Below are positions 1 to 8,386 of a DNA stretch of 64,000 bases, piece after piece (position 1 is the stretch's first letter; each line of letters opens with the position of its first letter). The stretch is taken from NCBI GenBank assembly GCA_002328585.1, contig DCUV01000014.1, positions 31,893-95,892 of the forward strand, written 5' to 3'. Made by a program: the position numbers and the translations under genes. Source of the DNA: Spirochaetia bacterium UBA2205. GTDB taxonomy: Bacteria > Spirochaetota > UBA4802 > UB4802. Under the pieces are notes generated by a model. The model ran no database searches and had not been told where the DNA came from. It saw only the letters and a program-made list of their open reading frames with translations.

Positions 1-32
1 TTTCCCAAATTAATTGATGGAGGAGGTCCAAA

Positions 33-665
33 TTGCTGAGATTAATTGTTTATCAAGAAACAGCACATTTCCGTATCGCTACTATTGGTAATCCTTATTT
101 GACTTATTTACTTCCCCCACCGTCTACTATCTATGGCTTCTTGAGAAAAGTAACTAACTATAAAAGCATAAATTATCAAAACACAAAACTGTCAATTCAA
201 GGAATATATGAAAGTACTTCCTTAGAAAAGGAAAGATTAACTCTTGAAAATGAAAGAGGATTAAAAACAAACATTATACCAATCCAAAAATTGCATAGTT
301 CAACATGGATAATTCATATTGATTCAGTATATGATAAGGAAATAAAAGAAGGATTAGATAACTATGCAGGAATTTTACGATTAGGACGGGTTGAGGATTT
401 AATTATAGATTTTTCTTTAGAAGAAGTAACAGTTTCAAATAATGATTGCAACAATATTGACACAAAATATTTCATATATAAAAAATGGGAGCAGGGTAAA
501 GATTTTAAAGGTCAACTTTTTAGTATGTTTATAGATAGTGAAGTAGATGAGAAGTTAAAAATAACTAGATATAAGACAACCCAATTAATATATTCTTCTG
601 TTTATAGTTCTCTTGATGAAATAAAATGTTCAGATGGGAGATATTTAGTATCATGGATACCTTAA
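33..665 (+). CDS. cas5: CRISPR-associated Cas5 (type I-B-like)
   Basis: N-terminal RAMP motif 'AHFR...TYLLPPPSTIYGFL'; TTG start after a GGAGGAGG RBS; directly upstream of cas3. Confidence 0.9.
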   Translation: MLRLIVYQETAHFRIATIGNPYLTYLLPPPSTIYGFLRKVTNYKSINYQNTKLSIQGIYESTSLEKERLTLENERGLKTNIIPIQKLHSSTWIIHIDSVYDKEIKEGLDNYAGILRLGRVEDLIIDFSLEEVTVSNNDCNNIDTKYFIYKKWEQGKDFKGQLFSMFIDSEVDEKLKITRYKTTQLIYSSVYSSLDEIKCSDGRYLVSWIP

Positions 666-2968
666 ATTTTGAAATCATAAAAGATCAAATATTTAAAAAT
701 CTTCGGTTCGATAAATATTTGGCTAAGTATGATAAGACATATAAAACAAGTACCAGTATAGAAGACCATGTTGAAGACTTGCTTCATGAGCTATATAACT
801 TTGTATCAAAATATCCAGACGTTATAAAAACTACTGATGAGATGTTGTTATTAAAATTAGCCATTTTGTTTCATGACGCTGGAAAGATAAACACATTGTT
901 TCAAAAGAAATTAACTGAGAATAGAAAAGATGATGTAATACCCCATAATTGTTTATCACCTTTGTTTCTAAAGTCAGTCGACAAATTGGGTGAAGATAAA
1001 CTTTCTTTGTTAACTTATGTAATAATCAACCATCATAAAAGAGGTTCAAATTATTTTTCAAATGAAAGCTATGGTGTAAATCTTTTGATTAAACAAATAA
1101 AAGAAAGTCAAAAAGATTTTTTCTACAAATCTGAATTTGCTGAAGAAATATTAGAAAAGTACAGAGTTCGGCTTTTAAATTCCATGAAAAATAGAAAGTC
1201 AAAAGAATATATAACGTCCGCTGGTCTTCTTATTCGCCTTGACCATGCTGCTTCTGGTGGATTAGAGGTTGAAGAAGAACCAATTAAAGATGATAGAAAA
1301 GATCTTCTTTTTTCGTTTTTTAAAAGAAAAAATAAGACAACAAAACTTAGACCATTTCAAGAAAGATATGGAATAAATGAGAAGAAAAATTATCAATGTG
1401 TAGTAGCAGACACAGGTCTTGGAAAAACAGGGCTCTCTATATTATGGAGCAATAGAAAAAAATTTTATATTTTACCAAATAGAGCATCCGTTAATGCTAT
1501 GTTTAATACTTTAAAAGAAATATATGGTGAAGATAAAGTTGGATTATTACATTCTACGGCATTGTTTAATTTAATTCAAGATAGTGAAGATGATACTTTT
1601 ATACTAAAAGAATATGATCAGACTCGTGTTCTATCAAAACCAGTAACAGTATGTACAGCGGACCAATTATTTACTGCTGCTTTTAATATGCCGGGATATG
1701 AAAAGATATATGCAACCTTATCTTATTCTGATGTAATAATAGATGAGATTCAGGCTTTTCAACCACAACAGATTATTCCAATATTAAAGCAAATTAAGGA
1801 AACTAAAGAGATTGGTGCTAATTACCTTATTATTACCGCTACTTTGCCATCTATTGTAACAAATAGATTAAAGGAATATGGATTTGATATAATAGAAAAT
1901 GATGATTGCACTATAGATAATATAAAACGACATAAAATTAAAATAGAAAAAGGTAAAACTATAGAAGACTTAAATAAAGAAATTGTTGGAAATGCTACAT
2001 CAGGTAAAAAAGTTTTAATTATTGTTAACACAGTTAAAAAAGCTCAGGAAATGTATATCAATATAAACAACACAATCAAAGAATATGGAGTCAATTTTAT
2101 CGAAATAAATATTCTCCATAGTAGATATATATGGAAAGATAGACAGTTAAAAGAGAAAGCAATCATTGATGAATGTGAACAGGATAATAACTTCAACTAT
2201 AAAAAACAAAATGGTTCAATATGGATAACTACACAATTAGTTGAAGCTTCTCTGGATATTGATTTTGATTACTTATTTACAGAAGCATCAACAGCAGATT
2301 CTATTATTCAAAGGATGGGCAGAGTCTGGAGACATAGAAATATTGATTATAATGGGGATGAAAATATAATTATAGCTACTGCTATAAAAGATACTATTTA
2401 TGAGAAAATATTAGTAGAAAAGACAATCGATATGATTGAAAATAGCATAAAGAATAATGATACTATTTTAACTTCATCAGAAAAAAGGAGAATAGTAAAC
2501 GAGTTATATTCAGAAGAAAATCTTAAACAATGGAACTCAGAGTATATAGAAGAGTGGAATAAATTTGAAAAACAAATATACAGTGGTTGGGATTTTATTT
2601 TAGAAGAGAATTCACAAAGAGCATTTAGAGATGTAATGAGTATTGATCTGATACCCGCAATTTATAAAGAGGATGTTGAAAAAAGTTATAAAAAGCTTTT
2701 AAATTTAAGAAATGAAAAGAATTTAGACGGAAAAGTCAAAAGATTGCAAAGATTACAAATTTTAAAAGAAATTCAGAACTATAAGGTTCCCGTTCCACTA
2801 TATTTACTAAATCCTAATGTTAGTAGAAAACTTATTAATACTTCCCAGCCAATTGAATGGATTGATAAAGGATATGGAATAGGTATTTTGCATGATTATT
2901 ATAAGTATGATCAAATTTTAGGTTTAACATGTAAAGGCATAAAGGTTGAGGATGAAATCATTATTTAG
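653..2968 (+). CDS. cas3: CRISPR-associated helicase/nuclease Cas3 (HD + SF2 helicase)
   Basis: HD motif FHDAGK; helicase motifs DTGLGKT, DEIQ, TAT, LHSR, TQLVEASLDIDFD, QRMGRVWR. The ORF track starts at 626; ATG 653, overlapping the end of cas5, is more likely. Confidence 0.95.
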   Translation: MDTLNFEIIKDQIFKNLRFDKYLAKYDKTYKTSTSIEDHVEDLLHELYNFVSKYPDVIKTTDEMLLLKLAILFHDAGKINTLFQKKLTENRKDDVIPHNCLSPLFLKSVDKLGEDKLSLLTYVIINHHKRGSNYFSNESYGVNLLIKQIKESQKDFFYKSEFAEEILEKYRVRLLNSMKNRKSKEYITSAGLLIRLDHAASGGLEVEEEPIKDDRKDLLFSFFKRKNKTTKLRPFQERYGINEKKNYQCVVADTGLGKTGLSILWSNRKKFYILPNRASVNAMFNTLKEIYGEDKVGLLHSTALFNLIQDSEDDTFILKEYDQTRVLSKPVTVCTADQLFTAAFNMPGYEKIYATLSYSDVIIDEIQAFQPQQIIPILKQIKETKEIGANYLIITATLPSIVTNRLKEYGFDIIENDDCTIDNIKRHKIKIEKGKTIEDLNKEIVGNATSGKKVLIIVNTVKKAQEMYININNTIKEYGVNFIEINILHSRYIWKDRQLKEKAIIDECEQDNNFNYKKQNGSIWITTQLVEASLDIDFDYLFTEASTADSIIQRMGRVWRHRNIDYNGDENIIIATAIKDTIYEKILVEKTIDMIENSIKNNDTILTSSEKRRIVNELYSEENLKQWNSEYIEEWNKFEKQIYSGWDFILEENSQRAFRDVMSIDLIPAIYKEDVEKSYKKLLNLRNEKNLDGKVKRLQRLQILKEIQNYKVPVPLYLLNPNVSRKLINTSQPIEWIDKGYGIGILHDYYKYDQILGLTCKGIKVEDEIII

Positions 2969-3094
2969 ATATTTTCAATTTTTAAAACACTATCTTAATA
3001 TTTTCATCCTAATTATCACAACTGTGCTATACATTAGGAGTAACTATCGCATGCCACGTAACTCAACATTGATATTGATTATCTTATCAATGTA

Positions 3095-3499
3095 ATGCAG
3101 ATGCATGATAGGTTGAATGAATACTATATTGACCTTGAAACAGGTAAAATAGTTTGTAATGAAGAATTACCTGATGATTATAATCTTAGTGAAGATGATT
3201 TGTTGTCTGAAGATGTATCTATTGATTATGAATCTGATCGTTATTTATGGATTCCCTTTTTTGAATCAAGCAAAGCATATAGGTTTATGGAAGATTTTAT
3301 ATATGAATTAGAGAATGAAGAGGCGCGTAAAAAAATAGTATATGCAATACAGGGTAAAAAACCCTTTAGGAGATTTAAAGATGCGCTACAGGCGTTTCCA
3401 GATATTGAAAAACAGTGGTATGGTTTTGAAGAAAAAAGGATGAAAGAGTATATCGTAGAGTGGTTACATGAATATGATATTGCAATTGAAAGCTCATAA
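3095..3499 (+). CDS. UPF0158-family protein, with an apparent 1-nt frameshift near the N-terminus
   Basis: Pattern YYIDLETGKI...YRFMEDFI...AIQGKKPFRRFKDAL...W matches my recollection of UPF0158. An AGGAG RBS and ATG at 3051 are out of frame with the body. Confidence 0.7.
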   Translation: MQMHDRLNEYYIDLETGKIVCNEELPDDYNLSEDDLLSEDVSIDYESDRYLWIPFFESSKAYRFMEDFIYELENEEARKKIVYAIQGKKPFRRFKDALQAFPDIEKQWYGFEEKRMKEYIVEWLHEYDIAIESS

Positions 3500-3607
3500 T
3501 TATTTTAATTGGTTGTGTATATATGAACATTTTTTTGTACATTATACTGTACCATATAAATTACGATATTTTGTTTACAGCTACATTAATCGATCAAGGG
3601 TAAATAT

Positions 3608-4501
3608 ATGATAAACAACGCACTTAAAGAAAGAATGGAAGCACTGCTAAACAGCAGAGAAGATTGGCCTGTTGATGAACTTCATCAAGAGCTGGAAAAA
3701 ATTGTCGATGAAATGAATAAAAAACCATTAGATAATTTTGAAGGATTTTCTCCTGCAGATATGCACTATATACTTTATACTCCGTTTCATGAAAAATGCC
3801 CTATTGGTATAAATACTGATATTTCCAAAGATTTTTTACTACAGCATTCACCCTTATTGAAGTTAGCAGTATATATTATGGAAAAAATTAGCGCAGAAGG
3901 TCCTATGCCATTAACATCTAAAGGTAATCTTAAGGTAAGCTTTATTAAAGAATTGTATAATCTTGGGATTTATTATGGTTATGATAGGGACAGTTTTGAA
4001 AAACGTCCTTACCAGAGTAACTGGAATTTTCTTGAGGCTGTTATGCTTACTTGTATTATCGCCGGTGTTTTGAAAAAAATAAAAGGAATACTTGATATTA
4101 CAAAAAAAGGTAACGCATTATTGAAGGACAATGGTTCGTCGCTCTTTAAGGTATTGTTTATAGCTTATACAATTAAATTAAACTGGGGGTATTTTGATTT
4201 TTTTGAGGATGATGATTGTGGCCAACTTGGATTTTTGTGGACATTATGGATTCTTAAAAAATATGGTTTTACGCCTAAACCAGCCAGTTTTTATGCGCAA
4301 AAATATTTAACAGCGTTTCCAATATTTATTAACCAGCAGAATAACATGCATTTTGCGGATGCCTGTTTTACAGTTCGTTTTATGGCTCGTTTTTGTAGTT
4401 ATTTTGGTTTTATTGCCAGTGATAATAATGACAATATGGCATTATTTTTAAAAGATCCTGAAATTGTTAGTACACCACTTTTGAATGCATTTATCAAATA
4501 G
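3608..4501 (+). CDS. Hypothetical protein between cas3 and cas4
   Basis: 297-aa ORF with coding-like composition; no motif I can name. Confidence 0.7.
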   Translation: MINNALKERMEALLNSREDWPVDELHQELEKIVDEMNKKPLDNFEGFSPADMHYILYTPFHEKCPIGINTDISKDFLLQHSPLLKLAVYIMEKISAEGPMPLTSKGNLKVSFIKELYNLGIYYGYDRDSFEKRPYQSNWNFLEAVMLTCIIAGVLKKIKGILDITKKGNALLKDNGSSLFKVLFIAYTIKLNWGYFDFFEDDDCGQLGFLWTLWILKKYGFTPKPASFYAQKYLTAFPIFINQQNNMHFADACFTVRFMARFCSYFGFIASDNNDNMALFLKDPEIVSTPLLNAFIK

Positions 4502-4553
4502 TTATGGTTAATTCTTTTATATAAAGTTTATGCTTAATAATCAAATATATTTA

Positions 4554-4583
4554 TTGCATTAATAGTGCCATGTATTTTATAAT
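4554..4583 (+). promoter_or_regulatory. Candidate sigma70 promoter for cas4-cas1-cas2
   Basis: TTGCAT-N18-TATAAT, 9 nt upstream of the cas4 ATG; the AT-rich context makes a chance match possible. Confidence 0.4.
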
Positions 4584-4592
4584 TTAAGGAAT

Positions 4593-5096
4593 ATGTATAG
4601 TAATATAACACCTGTAATTACTGGTACTCAAATAGCTTATTATATCATCTGCCATAGAAAACTATGGTTATTTAACAAGAATATTTCATTGGAACATACA
4701 AGTGAACTTGTTGAGATTGGTAAACTAATTCATGAAGCATCGTATACTAGAAAAAGAAAAGAAATTAATTTAGAAGGCATTAAAATTGATTTACTAGAAG
4801 CAAAAAGAGGAATTATCCATGAAGTAAAAAAGTCGAAAGCATTGGAAGAATCTCATGCATGGCAATTGAAGTATTACATTTATTATTGCAAGCAAATGGG
4901 TATTGAAGTGGAAGGGATCATTGATTATCCTAAATTGCGAAGAAGAGAAAAAATTAGCCTTAGTATGGAAGATGAAGAAAAAATAAAAAATATTCTTAAT
5001 GCAATTTATGTACTAATGGATAATGATACCATTCCATCAGTCATAAACAAACCGTACTGCAAAAAATGTAGCTACTATGAATTTTGCTATTGTTAG
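4593..5096 (+). CDS. cas4: CRISPR-associated Cas4
   Basis: YYIICHRKLW; RecB-like KIDLL...HEVKKS; C-terminal CKKCSYYEFC Fe-S cysteines. Confidence 0.95.
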   Translation: MYSNITPVITGTQIAYYIICHRKLWLFNKNISLEHTSELVEIGKLIHEASYTRKRKEINLEGIKIDLLEAKRGIIHEVKKSKALEESHAWQLKYYIYYCKQMGIEVEGIIDYPKLRRREKISLSMEDEEKIKNILNAIYVLMDNDTIPSVINKPYCKKCSYYEFCYC

Positions 5097-5104
5097 GTAT
5101 TACC

Positions 5105-6082
5105 ATGAAGGATTACTACATATTTAAAAGCGGGCGCATTAGCCGCAAGGATAATTCCATAGTGCTTGAAACCAATGATGGTAATATCTTTATACCCATT
5201 AATGATATTGATAGCCTTTGCTTTTTTGGCGAGATTGATATAAATACAAAAGCAATTAATTTTTTAGCACAGCAGCAGGTTGTTGTACACTTTTTTAATT
5301 ACTATGGATGGTATACCGGCAGTTTTTATCCCCGCGAATTTTTGCTATCGGGTGATGTACTGGTGGCTCAGGTAAAGGCGTATCTTGACATGCACAGCAG
5401 AACATATATTGCACGGCAGTTTGTGCAGGGTGCAATTCACGGTTTTATAACCAATATAAAGCGGTATCCTGATGTTGGCGATGCGGCAGTGGATACATTA
5501 CAACAGTACATCAATGCAACTGAAGAGCAATCCAATGTACTATCGCTCATGGGTATTGAAGGAAATGCGCATGAATTATATTATAGCACGTTCCCTGTCA
5601 TAATAAAGCAGCCAATAGAATTTGAAAAAAGGGTAAAACATCCGCCCAACAATATGATGAATGCATTGATATCGTTTTGCAATAGCCTTGTTTATACGCA
5701 TGTAATCAAAGAACTGTATAAAACACAGCTTAACCCAACTGTTAGCTATTTGCATGAGCCATCAAACAGGCGGTTTTCACTTTCACTTGACGTATCAGAA
5801 ATTTTTAAACCAATATACGCAGACCGTGTTATCTTTGACTTGTTAAATAATAACATGATAACCCAAAAACATTTTGACAAAGATTTAAATTACTGTTATT
5901 TAAAAGAGGATGGGCGCAAGATTGTGGTTAAAGCTTTTGACGATAAGATTAATACAACGGTTATGCATAAAAAGTTAAAACGCAATGTAAGCTATCAAAA
6001 GATGATACGCCTTGAATTGTATAAGCTTATTAAACATCTATTAAATGAAGAGCAGTATCAAAGTTTGCGGATATGGTGGTAA
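5105..6082 (+). CDS. cas1: CRISPR-associated Cas1 (type I-B-like)
   Basis: GRISRKDNSI, LMGIEG, NALISF, SYLHEP, SLDVSEIFKP motifs; ATG 5105 preferred over the track start at 5084. Confidence 0.95.
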   Translation: MKDYYIFKSGRISRKDNSIVLETNDGNIFIPINDIDSLCFFGEIDINTKAINFLAQQQVVVHFFNYYGWYTGSFYPREFLLSGDVLVAQVKAYLDMHSRTYIARQFVQGAIHGFITNIKRYPDVGDAAVDTLQQYINATEEQSNVLSLMGIEGNAHELYYSTFPVIIKQPIEFEKRVKHPPNNMMNALISFCNSLVYTHVIKELYKTQLNPTVSYLHEPSNRRFSLSLDVSEIFKPIYADRVIFDLLNNNMITQKHFDKDLNYCYLKEDGRKIVVKAFDDKINTTVMHKKLKRNVSYQKMIRLELYKLIKHLLNEEQYQSLRIWW

Positions 6083-6166
6083 GATAGTCATTATACAATA
6101 GTAGGTAACCAGGATGCATGGAATGGATAAAAGAGATTACAAAATGACCAGAACTGCAATAAAAGT

Positions 6167-6260
6167 TGTTCCCATTATTAAAAATGTATTTAAAGAAGGT
6201 ATACTATATGAATAATATATTTAAAAAAATTGTTGGGGCGATAGTTACTGGACATTAAAA
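6167..6260 (+). other. Candidate degenerate repeat/36-nt/degenerate repeat unit between cas1 and cas2
   Basis: 6167-6195 matches the array repeat at 15/29 and ends in the exact ATTTAAAG; 36 nt follow; 6232-6260 matches at 16/29 ungapped. Confidence 0.4.
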
Positions 6261-6285
6261 AATTGATGGATAACAGTGTAATGCC

Positions 6286-6567
6286 ATGTATGTAATCCTT
6301 GTATACGACATCTCAACAGTAACATCAAGTGGACGGAAGCGATTGCCAAAAGTAATGAAAAAATGCCGACAGTACCTTAGACATACGCAAAAGTCAGTAT
6401 TTGAAGGTGAGATAACCGAAGCAAAGCTGTATGCATTAAAACAGGAGATTGCAAAGCTTATAGATGACAAAGAGGACTATGTGGTTGTATACCAATTACC
6501 ACAAAAAACAGTACTCGACCGTGAAAATATAGGGATAGATTTTGACCCGACTGAACGAATCATATAA
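6286..6567 (+). CDS. cas2: CRISPR-associated Cas2
   Basis: MYVILVYDI...QKSVFEGEIT motif; 93 aa; follows cas1. Confidence 0.95.
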   Translation: MYVILVYDISTVTSSGRKRLPKVMKKCRQYLRHTQKSVFEGEITEAKLYALKQEIAKLIDDKEDYVVVYQLPQKTVLDRENIGIDFDPTERII

Positions 6568-6706
6568 AAAAAGCTTGATGTGATGAATACTTGCTGATAA
6601 AAAGTACCAAATAAGCAAAAAAGCACTACCGGAGGTTCGAGAAACAGCAAGTTTGGAAATGATACGTATTTTTTAATAATTGATTATAATAGGCTTTTTT
6701 CAACGG
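6568..6706 (+). promoter_or_regulatory. CRISPR leader
   Basis: AT-rich non-coding 139 bp between the cas2 stop and the first repeat. Confidence 0.7.
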
Positions 6707-6989
6707 GTTTGAGCTTCCAATAGTGGGATTTAAAGAAAATTTGTTTTTGAATATCCTTTTGGTAACTAAGGTGTTTGAGCTTCCAATAGTGGGATTTAAA
6801 GATGTATCAGCAAGGAATAAATAGGCAATGGATAAAGTTTGAGCTTCCAATAGTGGGATTTAAAGCAGTAAAAAGTATCAATGACAAGACTGGTGTTGCA
6901 GGTTTGAGCTTCCAATAGTGGGATTTAAAGATATATTCTATTTACATGCTGCCCGTTCTACCGCACGTTTGAGCTTCCAATAGTGGGAT

Positions 6990-7188
6990 GTAGCAGTTAT
7001 AAGGTTTATAAAGTTGAAAGTTTATAAAGTTAAAGGATGGTGAAGCGCCTGGGTGGTTACAATACATTGATTGCGATTACACAATAACAGTGTTTTACCG
7101 GGGATGTGACAATATAGTACGAAGAACTTATTATTTGTTTTCACAATAACTTTGAACATTATAACATTACGAACTTTGAACTGTTACC
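6990..7188 (+). mobile_element. 199-bp gene-less element, copy 1
   Basis: 43-bp left arm, 107-bp core, 49-bp right arm; preceded by repeat nt 1-23 and followed by a full repeat. Confidence 0.75.
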
Positions 7189-7671
7189 GTTTGAGCTTCC
7201 AATAGTGGGATTTAAAGAACTCACCAAGCTCATAAAGACTATAATCCTCAACAGTTTGAGCTTCCAATAGTGGGATTTAAAGAACTTTGTCTTTGTTGAT
7301 TTAAACCTACTTGAGATCGGTTTGAGCTTCCAATAGTGGGATTTAAAGATATATCTTGTTAAACATGGGAGTACATTAGAGCCAGTTTGAGCTTCCAATA
7401 GTGGGATTTAAAGTCAGATAGCCAGTCACGTAATTAATCGTGAATCTATTAAGTTTGAGCTTCCAATAGTGGGATTTAAAGTTGCTTGTAAATTTCCAAC
7501 GAATCCACTTTGCACACGTTTGAGCTTCCAATAGTGGGATTTAAAGTACTCATCGATAAAACTTTTTATATCTTCACCAGCTGTTTGAGCTTCCAATAGT
7601 GGGATTTAAAGATATAGCGGGATGACACCATTTTGGAGGTAGAAAAGCGTTTGAGCTTCCAATAGTGGGAT

Positions 7672-7870
7672 GTAGCAGTTATAACGTTTATAAAGTTGAA
7701 AGTTTATAAAGTTAAAGGATGGTGAAGCGCCTGGGTGGTTACAATACATTGATTGCGATTACACAATAACAGTGTTTTACCGGGGATGTGACAATATAGT
7801 ACGAAGAACTTATTATTTGTTTTCACAATAACTTTGAACATTATAACATTACGAACTTTGAACTGTTACC
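7672..7870 (+). mobile_element. 199-bp gene-less element, copy 2
   Basis: Identical to copy 1 except one G>C in the left arm. Confidence 0.75.
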
Positions 7871-7893
7871 GTTTGAGCTTCCAATAGTGGGAT

Positions 7894-8363
7894 GTAGCAG
7901 TTATAACGTTTATAAAGTTGAAAGTTTATAAAGTTATACAGTTTTATACGATAATTGTATTATGAAAATAAATAAATTTGAAGATATAAAATCATGGCAG
8001 TTAGCTGAAGTCTTAACGTTAGAGGTGTATAAGTTTGAATGTAAGACTCAATCTGGAATAGATTTTAGTTTTAAGGATCAAATTCAAAGGGCTTCTGTAT
8101 CTATTATGTCAAACATAGCAGAAGGTTTTGAAAGGGCTACCAATAAAGAATTTACCAGGTTTTTATATGTAGCAAAAGGGAGTTGTGCGGAGGTGAGGTC
8201 GCTCCTTCATGTTGGTAACAAGATTGGTTATATTACACAGTCTCAATATATAGAATTGCTAACACTTTGTGAAGATATTAGCAAAACCCTTTCTGGTTTG
8301 ATCAAGTACCTATCTTCACAATAACTTTGAACATTATAACATTACGAACTTTGAACTGTTACC
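7894..8363 (+). mobile_element. 470-bp element carrying the four-helix-bundle gene
   Basis: Same left arm (7894-7936) and right arm (8315-8363) as the 199-bp copies; the gene's last codons TCA CAA TAA lie inside the right arm. Confidence 0.75.
7962..8324 (+). CDS. Four-helix-bundle protein (TIGR02436 / 23S rRNA-IVP family, Avd-like fold)
   Basis: Family signature FEDIKSWQLA...DQIQRASVSIMSNIAEGFER...EFTRFLYVAKGSCAEVRS. Confidence 0.92.
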   Translation: MKINKFEDIKSWQLAEVLTLEVYKFECKTQSGIDFSFKDQIQRASVSIMSNIAEGFERATNKEFTRFLYVAKGSCAEVRSLLHVGNKIGYITQSQYIELLTLCEDISKTLSGLIKYLSSQ

Positions 8364-8386
8364 GTTTGAGCTTCCAATAGTGGGAT

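Noticed and set aside
6114-6215. 33-codon ORF in the cas1-cas2 gap
   Set aside because: No recognisable motif and a weak RBS; short open frames are expected by chance.
7159-7398. ORFs 6626-6850 and 7159-7398 (-) across the array
   Set aside because: They are translations of CRISPR repeats and spacers, with repeating peptides such as LNPTIGSSN and KSHYWKLK.
6736-7648. Possible self-targeting spacers or duplicated spacers
   Set aside because: I saw no match within the window and all 11 spacers differ. Three start with ATATA, which is plausible by chance in AT-rich DNA. A proper search was not possible.
7962-8324. Calling the region a diversity-generating retroelement
   Set aside because: The protein is only Avd-like in fold. 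There is no reverse transcriptase and no target gene with a variable repeat in the window.
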